From NCBI GenBank assembly GCA_907165135.1, contig OU015566.1, positions 9,920,001 through 9,984,000 on the forward strand: a DNA stretch of 64,000 nt, written 5' to 3'. The DNA comes from Oikopleura dioica. Its lineage: Eukaryota; Animalia; Chordata. The notes beneath the pieces were generated by a model, which made no database searches, was not told the DNA's origin, and worked only from the letters and a program-made list of their open reading frames with translations. Shown here one piece after another: positions 47,960 through 61,263 of this stretch. The position numbers were made by a program, and so were the translations under genes. How positions within the stretch are numbered: the first letter of the stretch is position 1; every line of letters starts with the position of its first letter.

Positions 47960-49202
47960 ATGAAAATCTTGATTTTTTTCAGCATCGTCGTCGTTTTCAA
48001 TGCAGAAACAGTCGAAGGGAATCAAGTTTGTTCCGTTGGATTCACTTGCCAAGAATTTTGCAAAACTAAAGATGGGAAAAATGCTTTCAAGAGATGTGAA
48101 AAACGACTAAATAAGACTTACGCTACTTGTATGGCTATATGCTCCTCTGACAGTAACTGCATTGAGGAATGCAAGGAAGAACTAAAAGGGGGCAAGAAAT
48201 TGTGTCCTTGCTTTTCTGAAGATTTTGAGATGGGGAAGTGTGAAAATGATGAGGCAAAAGAAGAAATTGAAAGACTGAAGCTTGAACATCTTGTCCGAAT
48301 ACTGGTAGAATTCGAACAAAGAACTGAAACTAATATTTTCAGGAATTGGAGGACGAACAAGTTGTACTCGGCGAACGACTTAATTATACTAAAGCGGAGA
48401 ACGTGGACTTAGCTCGAATCGTCAAAGAGTTGTCGCTAGAAAATGAGAACTTGAAGCTGAAACTTGATGAAAAAGAAACCTTATCAGATGATTCTGATAT
48501 CTTCGAAGAAAGTGGCGACTGTGAAAATACAGAGTATGTTGTTCAGCTCAATGATCTGGTTGAAATTAATATGGTTTGTCAATCAGAGAATGGCCAGATA
48601 TCTGATTATATTAAGGAACTCGAAGAAGAACGAGATAAGGCGCTAAAAGAGGTTGAAGAATGCAGAAACAAAAAAACCGAAAACAGCGAAGAATTTATGA
48701 AGCTAAGGAAAGAAAGCAAAAGCTGGACAAAGGAAAAGGAAAAATCTGCTGATCTTATTTCTGTGAGAAGAAAATGTATTTGACTGATTTTAATTATTAA
48801 CTTTAGGATCTAAAAGAGAAGAAAAATAAACTGGAGGAAGAAAAAGACGAGTTGGAAGAAGAAATTTCAACGCTAAAAGATGACATAAAAAAGCTGAAGC
48901 GTTCAAACAAGGACCTTCTTGGCGAAGTAGAAGACCTAAAAGATGATGTCCAAGATCTCACTGAAGAGTTAGACGAGTTGAAAAGTGAACGAAAGGAATG
49001 TCAAGTCGGAAATGTCGAATCCGCATCAAACAGCGAAGATTACATTTCCGATGATGACTGGTATTTTGATTCTTCTAGTTCAAGTTCAGAAAGTTCCTCT
49101 GACAGTAAGGATAGCCCTGTTAGCTACAGTTTTGGTAGTGCAAAAATGAACAACTGCCAGTTTTCACTTTTGCTCTTTTTCGTTTTCTTTCTTGTTCAAT
49201 AA
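47960..49202 (+). CDS. Secreted Cys-rich + long coiled-coil protein
   Basis: Signal MKILIFFSIVVVFNA, a module with about 10 Cys (CMAICSSDSNCIEEC...CPC), then heptad/acidic coiled coil in ORFs 48346-48783 and 48852-49202. Confidence 0.65.
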
Positions 49203-50181
49203 AAATAAAGCTTCCATTTGTCGAATTTTTATCTCGCAGGTGCATAAAATTAGCATTTGAGTCGCCGAGTGGAAAATTATTTGGCCTCGGTGGGAGTTTT
49301 ATTGATTGCCAAGGTCAAAAGAGAGCTCGTTGTGTGAAGAGATCATTCGCTACCCGAGCGAGGCGCTCAATTGTCGTTCAATTTTTGGAGAAAAGTAATA
49401 AACGAGCGAGAACGAGAAAGAAAGAAAAAAGAGGGAATCCGAGTCTTTACAGCCTGTAACTTACAAGTTTACTGAGAGGTAAGTTAGTTTAATAAATGCT
49501 AGTTTTTTGAGAAGTACTAAATAAAGCAAATCGATACTTGCTGTCAAATGGCGATAATTGCAAGTACTCAAATGGTGATAATTATAAAATCATATGCTGC
49601 ATATGATTTTATAATTATGATATGCATTATAAGTTATAGTTATAATTTATAACTAAACCAAGCGTTGTGATCCTCATTATTTCTAAGCTCTCATCAATCA
49701 AGTTGAAGATCAAAGAGCGTCTAACGCCCAAAATAATCCGTTTCCCATAATCACTCGAGTAGAAATTATCACCAAATTCCTCAACTAAAGTTACTGATTA
49801 TCGCCTCCACTAATTTTCAAAAATTATCGCGCCGAAATCACGAGCAAAGCGCGCGCGGTCAGTTTTTGGGGACGCAAAATGGAATCTCTTGTTTTTTGCT
49901 AAATTCGCGTGTTTTTCCGCCCCGAGGGAGCAGGTTCCGCGGAGGGACATGAAACTTCGGGGCGGGGATGAGTCAGCCATGGCTACTCACTCGGCGCGCG
50001 CGCTGATTGGGCGGCTGTTCCTACGCGCGCCAAGTAGTGTTTCGTTTCACAGTTTTTCCCAAAACGCGCTCTTTTCTGCCGCTTTTTTCGAATTGCAAGC
50101 AAAGGAAAAACACGAGAAAAGGAAAAATACTCGAAAAAATTAAAGAAACACAAAAATTCATATATTACGTAACATGGGACA

Positions 50182-53100
50182 ATGGAGGACGATATAAAGC
50201 AGGAGGCTGACTTTACGCTTGCCAAAAAGTATAAAGGCCGAGATCTCAATCCGGACATAGATGTTCAGGTAGATACAGTAACGGGCGCGTTATTTTATTC
50301 GGTGTTGAGTAAATATTGGTTCGCGCAGGTTACTTTTATCGAAAAAAAAGTGAAAGCCTTAATTTTGTGTTCTCAATGAGGGAATAGTCTTGTGTAAAGA
50401 ATAAATAACGAGAAAATTTTTTTTTTAGTTTTTCAAGGTCTAATTTCACTAAATCATCTAAGTGTTATTGGTCTTCATTCGTGATAATTTTAGCAAATAA
50501 AGTATATTCATATATCAATACTCAGCGAAAAAATCGATAAAAACCGGACACTTCAGGAGTACATCAACGGAATCGACCCCGATTGCGCGGTTTACCCTTA
50601 CGTCTGTCCCAAATGCGGCCGTCCCTACAAGGATGAGGTAATGCTTGAAGTCCACCTCGACAGTTTCGACCACAACAATCCGCCTGACGACTATGATCCC
50701 TGCGATCTTCGTAAGTCCGTTTCGCTGGTCTTTTTTTAACGAAAAACGTAGATTGGAAGCCAAAGAAACGCGTGGAACGTTTGAAAGACGAACTGGAGCG
50801 TGAATCTCGCGACTCTGGATCAGAGACGGGGAACAACGGGCCCAGTACGCCGAAGCAGAACGCCCGCACCCCCGGCCGAGGTCCTGGAAGTCACAAACGG
50901 CGAAAAACAACCCCCTGGTCGAGGAAACGAAAAGCCAACTTTCGCCGGGGCTCCGATGTCTCTGATACGCCGAGGACGAAGACGAGGGTCAGAGTTGACG
51001 AAAACGGGCGGATTACGACGGATAACTTGACATGGGCCGAAGCTCAGCGACTGGTCGAGTTTGAGGATGATAATACAAACAAGATCTACAGAGTCTCTAT
51101 CTTTGAGGTACATTTTCTCTCCTTTAGTCCGTTTTACAGTGATTTTTAAGGACGTCGAAGTGGTCAAATCTGACGGAACAGACCTCCCTCCCCTTCAAAA
51201 AGGCCCCCGCGTTCCTGTGCCAGAAACGATAGTAGAAGAAGTCGATGTGCCGAAGTTACAAAACAGAAAAATTTCCTCAGAATACATCGAATACAAAGCG
51301 GAACCGACCGAAAATGCGATCGAGTACCAAATGGACGAGGAAGACCACGTCATGCTCGAGCACATCAACGAACTGAGAGAGAGCGACAATCTCAAGCCGC
51401 TCAGCTGCGAGACTTTCGAAAAATTCATCGATGCAATCGAGAAGGAGTCGATGTGGGACACGGGGAACAAGCCGAGGACGAGCACGAGGGACATTGACGA
51501 TGAAGACGTTGTCTGCTGCGTTTGTAACGACGGAGAGGTAGGGATGTTCTCCCTTGATTTCAAGCTAAAATGTTATTCTAGTGCACGAATACGAACGCGA
51601 TCCTCTTCTGCGACTTGTGCAACTTAGCTGTTCACCAGGAGTGCTACGGTGTGCCATACATTCCAGAAGGCCAGTGGCTCTGTCGTCGTTGCCAGTTCTC
51701 CCCTTCTCGGGCTGTGGATTGCGTTCTATGCCCCTCTCTCAACGGAGCATTCAAACAAACGCACGACAATCGCTGGTGTCACGTAGTTTGCGCGCTATGG
51801 GTGCCAGAAGTCTCCTTTCAAAACCCAGTTTTCCTCGAGCCCATTGATGGATTTTCGAAGGTGCCCAAGGCGCGCTGGAATCTGAAGTGCTACATTTGTA
51901 AAAAAGCAGGCGCCTGTATTCAATGCAACAAAAACGCTTGTTACACGGCCTTTCACGTTACTTGCGCGCAGCAGACCGGCTTGTACATGGAAATGAAAGT
52001 TCAAAAGTCGGATGGAATTAATGGAATCACAAGTAACAAAGTAACACAGGTAATGCCATCGTTTTTTCCGCTCAAAGTCGATCTATTTCTTTAGACTGCT
52101 TTTTGCCACAGCCACACGCCGAAAGACTGGAGTCCCAGGCCGCTAAAGTCATCAGAAAAACTGCCAAAAATAAAAAATAGAGCGGATCAATTCCAAGCCA
52201 AAGGTAGCTATCTCTTTCATGATGATCTTCGTTTACAATTTTCTTCAGTCGACGAAACGCGGGAAGCAATGGAAGGGCGAAATACAACCCGAACCTGTGT
52301 CAACATCCCATACATTCCATCCGACAAGTTGGGCATCCTGCGTGCGATTTTGAGCGAAAGTGTAACAACCAAAGTCAGCCCTTTGTTCAAGCAATTGCTG
52401 ACGTTTTGGAACGAAAAGAGAATGGTGCGCAACGGCGTTCCCCTGATTCGAAGATTACTTTCTGTCCAAAAAACTGAAAAAGACAATCATGCCACTGAAG
52501 ATGATAAGAAAAAAGTCAAGGTACAGAAACGTCAATCCATCGTTTTCCCTGATTTCATATCAAATTCAAGGAACAATTGCGAGTCTGGCAGCGCTTACGA
52601 CACGATCTTGAGCGTGCTCGGCTGCTTGTAGAGCAGATCAAGAAGCGTGAACGATTAAAAGCAGCTGAAATTCAAAAATGGATACAATTATCGAGAGTGA
52701 GGATAAATCCTTGGGCCTACTTTCTCAAGGACATTGTTGAGAAACTAAAAGAGCTTGATGATCAATCGGTAACTCATTCCACCACTTTAACTATTCTCAG
52801 CCGCCTTTCAGATATTTTACAACCCAGTAACGGACGATATTGCCCCTCTCTACTCCAAAATCATCACCTCGCCGATGGCCTTCGCCACGATGGAGCAAAA
52901 AATCGCCCAAAGTAAATACAACTGTTTCCCCGCTTTCGAATACGACGTAAGCCTCATCCTTCGTAATTGCATGCACTACAACGGCAGCGCGACGATATTC
53001 TACAAAATCGCCAAAGATTTGGAAACGAAGATTCAGCCCATGTTGCGCGAGGCTAGAAAGTTAGCCAAACGATACAACACGGTCACTGGTACGTTCTACG

Positions 53101-54913
53101 CATTCATTATCTTTTCCCATCTTATCATTATCTTTCAGGAAATCACCTCCTTCCCGGCGAAAAATTTGACCAAAAGGAACCCGAAGTCGCTCACGTGCGC
53201 AGCATTCTTGCCGATCTCCGAAAGTGCCTGCGAAAAGTCCAAAAGAACTCCAACACCAAACACTCAAAGAAAACTGTTCAAAAACTCACTGCTGATATCA
53301 AGATTTTCGAGCGACGGCTTCGGACGATGGGGGTTGACGAATTCGAGACTGCTCCTGTCGTCAAGAAGCAGCCAAAGATCGAAGAGGTTGAAGATAATGA
53401 TGAGGAAGCTGAAGAAAAGGCTGAACCAGACACTAAAGAGCCTGAACAAACAACAGATGCGGGTTGTGAAGAGGAAGAAACTCAAGAGCCAGAGACCAAC
53501 GGCGAAGTGGGAGAATCAGACTCCGATGTGGAAGAAGAAGCGGAACAACAAGATGAACCCTCCGCAACTTTGGAAAAAGGAGAATCCTCGACTCCTCTCA
53601 CCGAGGTCCATGAAAACGGCCAAGAGCCTCCCGAAGAGAAAGAGCCAGCTTTGAAGAAAGAATTCGTGAACGGCACCTCAAAAGAATCAACCGACAGCGA
53701 AATGAACGGCTTTATCGAGGAGGACGATTCAAACGACTCGAAAGAAGAGATTAAATCCTCGAACAAGAAAATAGACCTTCGCAATTTTCAGCCTCTTGAC
53801 ACAGTATGGGCTAAATGTAAGGGTCGTGGTTGAGCAATAACAAAAATCGATTACCAGATGATGTTGGGTGAGAAATTATTAAATACTTTTTCATTGGTGT
53901 GCTTGCGCTCATTCTAGTAACGGTGAAATGTAGGCTTCTCATTAGTTTCATTCAGTATCACAGTAAACTCGTGTTAATCTCAAAAATATCATCCTGGTCA
54001 GCTTAAAAAATGCTTGAAATCACAGTAATAGCCCTCCCCGTCGCCCAAATCGATGAAGCAACTATCAATGAAAGAATTCCTAGTCAACAAAGTCACAAAA
54101 CTGCCAAACTAAAGCCGCAACAAATTAATAAACAAAATATATATTTAAAAGCCCGGTCGTTTGATTTATTAACACGCGTTTGCTGTAGTACCAAGTCTCA
54201 AGAAAATTATCTTTCTTGACGCGCCTGTAATAGAGTCAAAACCTGCTCAACCCCTGATAAGGGCTACCCCTGGTACCCGGCGCGGATTATCAACCCCGAG
54301 CTGACAACTGGGGAGCCTCTGTTGCTCGGGGACGAGGAGATCCCCCAGCCTTCCGTCGACATCATTAAGGCTGGCAACAAGCTTAACCTCGAGGGTGAAT
54401 CCCAACATCATTTGGTCCTTTTCTTCGATCAGAAGCGCACATGGTGATTATTAAAATTAATTTGCGCTCGAAAATTAAGGATATCATTTTGATAATCATA
54501 CCCTTGCAAAAAACAATAATGGTGTGATTATAATTACGGTCAACTTTTACAATTGGTGCATTCGTAATTCCGTCAATTTTTTTAATTGCATGACAATGAT
54601 GACATGACATTACATGAGATTTTTTTCTAAAAAACATGACCTCCCTTCAATTCCGCCATTTTAGATAAAAAAAATGATGACCAAATTGTGAAAGTTGACC
54701 GTACCCCTAATTTTCAAGAGCTTATTCTATCCAACCTACCTTCATCACGATTATATTTTATTCAGGATGTGGCTTCCAACTAATAAAATCGCGCTGCTTG
54801 GCAAGGATAACAAGTTCGACAACAGTAAACTTCGAGAAGGAAAAACTAACGCACAGAAAAAATCTATAATGCGCGCGTATAAATGCGCTCTTGAACCTCT
54901 CAGCCCAGATTGA
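50182..54913 (+). CDS. BRPF1: Peregrin / bromodomain and PHD finger-containing protein (BRPF1-like)
   Basis: N-terminal C2H2 YVCPKC...[14 protein letters not shown]-like [19 protein letters not shown]...[27 protein letters not shown], bromodomain [23 protein letters not shown]|GYPWYPA...VLFFDQKRT. Stop at 54913. Confidence 0.93.
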
Positions 54914-55582
54914 ACCAACTTATTAAAAAAGAAAAAAACTTTCAAACATGTTCAACAAATAAATTTTATTCAAATTCACCAAATCTCTCGTCGCGTTTCT
55001 TTCTAAATGTGAGTAAAGCAGGGCTTAAAATGCTTAGAATAAGCACGCAACGTTAAAATTTTAATCCTTTATGTTTATTACGGGCGGGATAGATTTTCCT
55101 GTCTTACAAGAAAATCGCCCGTAGAGCAGTTCGAAGGACTCGATAAAAATAGATATATAACAGGGGGATTTTGGACAAAATGAGCGGAATTTTCTTCTAA
55201 TAAGCTTACCATCAAGACATTCAAGTCTTCCAATAAATCTATCGAATAAATTGATCTTCTTTTCGAGCTCAATTTATATAATATTGCTGCTTTTCGCTGA
55301 AAACGAATGTTAACAGCAAACAGTTATTAATTCAATAGTCGCCTCTCAAACTGATTGCAGCTGCAAAATATTTACAGTTTCAACAAGGTGAGAGCGCCGA
55401 ATAATTCACGGTAATATCTGTAGGTTTATTCTAACGTGCGATTGCACCAAGTCCGACTCAGCGAAAGTACTCAAAACCCCCCAGGCCGGCGCGATTCCTC
55501 CGCCAATGTCGAGCTGCTCAGACTGAAACGGCTGCAAAAAGGGTTTATACATATTCATCATTTTATAATTTTTTCGATTTTT

Positions 55583-56360
55583 ATGAAAGTTATTGAGCTC
55601 AGTCTTGCACTAGGCCTGGTAGAGGGTTGTTTTTGGTTGAAAAACGATGAGCCAGAGAGGAAAACTACAGTATCTCGACCACCTGTGAGGTTGAAGACTG
55701 TTCCAAGAGGAAATCCGAAGGTTTCTTTGTCGAAGAAAGGAGGTTTGTTTTTATCAATTGCTCATTCAATGGTGTTTATTGAAACTTAGGCTTTATATTT
55801 TGTTGTATTCAAATATTTATTGGGGGTGTGTCACTGATAGAACATGTTTTCACGTTATTTCCTTCTCTAAAGACCAGTTACGAAGAGGATTCTTTAGCAA
55901 ACGCATATTTTAGGTCCAAAAGGAAAATTCTCTAAAAAGCGAAGAAAAGGTAAAAAGAAGCCCCCACCACCACCTGTCAAAGAATTCGTCGGAGAACGTC
56001 CAACTTGGCAAAGTGTTCCGCAAAAAGGCCAAATTTGCAAAGGGACAAGTTCAGCCGCAGTTCCCTGCAAGGATCCAATCAAAATCGGCGCCAAGTGCGA
56101 TGAAAAATTCCAATGGAGTACAAATGGATACATACAGAGCATCGTTCACTGCAAAAAGAATCCGAAAGGAGGCGTTATCCGGAAGGAGCTTCGACAAGAA
56201 TGCAACTATGACTCTGGAGTTCTACAGGTTTTGACTTCTTATCTGTCTTCTTTTTTATCTAAATTTCTAGTGCTGGCAACACTGGTCAACAACAGGATGC
56301 CACGACGATACATGCCAAAGTGACAAGCTTGGAAACGGCTGGCTACCCCCTAAATCCTAA
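55583..56360 (+). CDS. Small secreted basic Cys-rich protein (3 exons), mostly missed by the ORF track
   Basis: MKVIELSLALGLVEGC signal. Exon 2 (from ~55914) PKGKFSKKRRKGKKKPPPPP...ICKGT...PCKDP...KCDEK...HCKK...ECNYD. Exon 3 CWQHWSTTGCHDDTCQ...PKS*. GT-AG introns are in phase. Confidence 0.7.
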
Positions 56361-56589
56361 ATTTTATTTCATAAATCCGTTCCTAAATCTACAAGTCCTT
56401 TTTCTAACTCCTTCATTCGCATACTGATTTACCGCTGTCAATAAACTCCCATTCATCGAGCTGCGCGTAGCTTGAGATAGGCTTTACGTCCTCCAGTTAA
56501 ATAAGTGACGTTACGAAATTAAAACGTTGGCGTTTTTATTCAGTAATTACTGATAGAAGAGTTGTGAGGACACTTTGTCCAATAATGAA

Positions 56590-59250
56590 TTATGAAGATG
56601 GAAATCTAACGAGTTTCAGAGTGTATGCAATTGGATAAAGATACCATGTATCATACTTCATGGTTTTTCCGAAATTTTCATTCACAAGCTTCAGTCTCAT
56701 TCCTTGGTCGTAGAAGACAATATCTCCATTTTCATAGACACAGCGCGTCGAAATAATTTCCAAATTTGCGTAGTAAGGATGGGTCTGCTTGATTTTCAGG
56801 ACTTTTATTTGGTTTAAGATTACAAATAGTGAAAAATTCTTGTCTTCAAGTAATTATAAATGATGGAATATTTGTACGCATTATGGAAATATAATCATAA
56901 CCTAGTCTGATTCCGATGCATTGGTGAATTCGTTGTTTTGAAGGACGTATTCGCAATTTTTGATATTGTCGACTGTCATCTGATGAAAATGTACTCCTCG
57001 CTCCTTGATATTAATCGCCACAGTTACAGTAAGTGGGCGGTCAAAGATGAAATTTTCATGAAGAGTTACTAAGAAATAGTTTTTTTACCATTTAATGCTG
57101 AGCCTACCTGTTTGATAAGTACAATAAGATAAATCTGGTCGCGTCAGATTTGTTTGGCCAAGGCGCCTTATTATTTCCCATCCTGATTCCATGATATATG
57201 TTTTGGTACAAATTCGCTCCAGCAGATTCACGATATCGTTCATCTGATACCCGTTTTCTTTTTCGCTCGGATTCAAGTTCAGTCCAGCCATACTTCGAGG
57301 GTAAACAACGTAATTTAAAGTGGCAAGAATTTTCTCGGGTGTATGAGTCTTTTGTCGGTCCTCGAATTGAAGATCTTTCCTTAGACTGTGTCGAATAAGA
57401 GTCGTTACACAAATCGGCACGCAAAGATGACTGTACTTCTGGTTGAGGATATTTTTTGAGAGGTTGACCATTCCAGAATAAACACATTTTGATATTTCCT
57501 CCTTCAAAAAGGAAACCTGACATGACCGAGATAGATTATCATCATCCAAACAATAAAATCTGTCGATACTTTCGATTGTTATTATTCTTTTTACTCGATT
57601 TATAAAAGAGTAAATATCTTGAATGTCGCCTTTCACCAAATCATGGATTCGTTCTGCCCCACAATTCTTTAAGCAATAGGCCATTAAATTTAGCAACATT
57701 TTTAATTTTTTACCTCCATTAAATTATCGATAAAGTTTCGATCACTCTCCGAGGCTGGTCGATACAGTAATCTCCATGCAGTTTTCCAGCCACAAAAGAG
57801 ATAAATATAAACAGGGTGCAGTGAGTTATTACGACTTCTATCTGCAAGAGTTAGTTGGTATTGCATCGAAAATCCAGGTGTTCCGGCAGCTACAAGTCAA
57901 CGTTATTATTTGCCGAAATTCAAAACGATTTTTTTATACCTAGAGCGCTTATAAATCTGTATTTGTCCCCTCTTCTTGCGTATCCCATCTGGCGATAACT
58001 GAGCTTGCCGGAAGTTTCACAAACCAATCCGAAATCGCATATTTTTAGTTGGTATCCAGGTCTACTTTCGTCCCAAAGAAGCAGAAAATTTGCTAGTTTC
58101 CTGTCACAATGTTGAATTCCGATTTCGGATAAATATGCAAGACCATCAGTAATTTCTGTCGCCATTTTCTTTCTCCTTTTTAGGCAAAGTTGGTTCGATT
58201 TCAAGAGCGAGCGAATGCTTAAATCGCATTTTTCCATTATCGTTATCCATCCGAGGCAATCTTTCATGTGAGTATCAAATGGATGAAATAGTTCTATATT
58301 TACAAAGTGCCTTATAATATTGGGATGAAATGGAATTTGCTTTACATTGGCGTCTTTTTCATTTAGAGTAAATCTGTCTGCTTTCGTGAAGTTCGATGAC
58401 AAATGAATCTTCGCCCGAATTTTCGATTCTTGAAGTTCAAGTCCAAGCTCAAATTTCTTTGTAAATAGAAAGGGATCAAAATGATGAATCCGAACTGCAT
58501 AAGATCTATCTCCGAATATTTGAGGAATAACCAGCGCTTCTCCACCCTCTGAAATTTTTCGTATTTTTTTCATTCTCCATTTTCCCTTTTCCTCCATAAT
58601 TTCCGATCGTTTAATGATTACATTATATAATGAAGGATTTGCTGCTAGAATCGAGCTTTGAAAGGCTGTGATTTCGTACATTTGAGGCTCATCAGTTAAA
58701 TCCTTTTGGATCGCGAATTTCTTTTCTTCTTGGAGAAATCTGCAAAATTTCCAGTGATATGCATCTTCCTTGTTTTTGAATTCTTGTCTCTCAATTGAAG
58801 CAATCAAGCGGCACTTTTCTGTTCTTGTCGTAATTCTCTTCAATGATGGAAAAAAGTCGGACATCCATCTTTTGATTTTGATTTTTGAAAGTTCAGGAGG
58901 ATGATCATCTATCGGCTCACTCCATCTCAATGCAGTTAAAATCGCTAGCTCGTCAATCATTTTTGACCTTGTAATTTCACTTGCAAGGTACTCGGTGCAC
59001 TTAGAAAACAAAAAAAAAATCGGCGTTTCTGAATGGCGGGAAAGGGGCTTAAAAGAATCGAACCATGACCCGCTTTGTGGGGATGAATAATCGGCGAAAT
59101 CGCGAACCTGCGAAATTCGAAAATAAGAAAGAACTGACAAGTAGGATCACTTCAAATATCAGCGCCAAGCTCTTCCTTGATTTCAAAAAGAAAATTTTTC
59201 ATATCAGAATTCTTATTATCATTTATTTCTTCAAATAAATAAGAGGAAGA
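56590..59250 (-). CDS. Protein kinase domain fused to a C-terminal papain-like cysteine protease domain; start codon uncertain; possible in-frame stop at 56904-56902
   Basis: Kinase motifs ISEGGEALV, YAVRI, HPNII, HCDRKLAN, DFG, AGTPG. Downstream exons give NQKYSHLCVP, FHQMTV and YVLQN. A further coding-like exon VLKIKQTHPYY...YPIAYTLKL* ends at 56590. Confidence 0.8.
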
Positions 59251-61263
59251 ATCTATCTTGAGAACTGAATTGTATCATAATTTTCTAAGTTGGTTTTCTA
59301 AAGTACGCTGCTGCAAAACACCGGCTCGACCGCAAGAAGGTGTAACACGTGACCTTACGGTAACGTCTTAAGCTTTGGTCAGAACCTAAACATGACTAGT
59401 GGGTAACTTTTCTAAAAATCAAATAAGATTTCAAAAGCGAATAATATCCTCATAATCCAAAAACCGTCATTTCATTACTTTTACGAAGTCGATATTACGA
59501 CGAAGTTATCGTAAGTACCAAGGATCGAATACAGCTGCTGCTCTAGAACTACGGCCCTATAAATGATGTCACTTAATTTCGCGCTGTCTGAGGAGTTCAA
59601 AACACTCATCCTCGAAATCAATTTAAGATTTCAACGCCGCGCAAATTGCCCGTTATTAGCATGAGTACTCTTGACTGAGCATTATTTTCAATCCGACCCA
59701 GGCGTCTTCATCCCTCCTCGAAAAAGAATTACACAGTAAACTGTCTTATCAATGTCAATTTAGATCAGCCGTGCTAGTTAACTTCGGAGAAGTTGAAGGG
59801 ACTGAAGAAATTTGAGACAGTAGGGGAGCTGTAGAACATTTCTTCTATTGACGTGGCTTAAAAATAGAGGGTTATGTTCGAGTATCACTTGTTTCTCTAT
59901 TACTACTAGTGAGTCGCCTTCTTTGTATTTACCGAATTCTCCCTTGTGTACTAGAAAACACAGACTACCAAATACCTTGATAAGCCCCCGCTGAGCATTT
60001 GTTGCTCAGTGATAAGAATGCTCCAACAAGAATCCACGACAAAGATATTTCTCCCGAATCGGGTAAATAGCCCCACCTTACATATCCTCCCTCCGAGATT
60101 CATTATCAAAGTTCATTCGCTTTTTTTTGAAAGAAACATTTATTAGAATGATGAGAAAGCAATTTCTGGTTTAATTAATATGTGCAGGAGATGCAAAATC
60201 TGGCGATTATCTTGGTCGGACTTCCTCCGTTTTCGTTTACTCAATGCTGGGCCGGATCATATTCTCAGCGGAGGATGTGGCCAACTTCGATTAAAACGCG
60301 TGAGACTTCCATGTGAGAGTACTGTTATCATCATACTGAATATCGCCGGCTACAGCAAGGTCGAAAATCCACGGAAAATATTTTTGCGGATGATATTTTG
60401 AAATTTATCAGAACATCTCATCGCTCTGACAATCGGCCTAAAACCAAATAGTGGAGGTAGAAGTTAACGGATTTGACAGGTGTATGTGTAGCTGACCCCA
60501 CCTACTCCTAAGTCCAGGTCCCGACGCCGCAAGAGGATTACCCGACGAAAAAGGTGCCCATTTATACGTGATCAAACGAACTTTCGTGAGAAGTTGAAAA
60601 TTAGTTTTCTGAACTCAAATTTTCGGCCCAAAAAGAAAAAATCCACGAAAAAGGAACTGATTACGAAAGAGGAAGCGAGCTAGGGGTCATTGTAGATTAG
60701 CAGAGAGCAGTAAATTGGCGCACGTGATGCACCTGTTTCCCTCGCTTTATCAATCTTCAACTTTGACGAAAACGAGCAAGGAGCATCTGTCCACGCTGAA
60801 GCTCACGTTTCTTGACAAGCATTTCTTGTCTTTTTAGCTCGAATAAAGGTAGAATGGAGGTAAGATGACACGAGTCTGGATTTGTCGAATTCGCTTTTGT
60901 TTTTGTTTAGAAACATTTTTCGCTGATTTTCGCGGATAATGTTGGAACTCTCCAATAGCTAACTCTCATTTTATTATGAGAAAAATACCGAAAAATATTT
61001 TTTGTCAGGAAACAAACTGAATTGGAATATTTACCGAATAATTACGATTAATGTTCGGCCCCAAATATAGCCAAATGGACCAGTTAAAGTTGTTACCTGC
61101 AATGGTCGGAAAATATATATTTTCGATTTTGACAAAAATTTCAACTAGGGGCAAAATCATTATGTTGATCGTTTTAGTCATCATCGAAAATCTAGAAATC
61201 ACCTGAAAAAAACTTTTTTTTATTGCCTGGGGCGATTCTGAGACCATTTTTATGAATTTCCTA

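Noticed and set aside
60540-60576. TRRKRCPFIRDQT resembles the Hox11 N-terminal arm (TRKKRCPYTKYQI)
   Set aside because: No helix 1-3 or WFQNRR segment was found in frame or in plausible downstream exons. A chance basic stretch is more likely.
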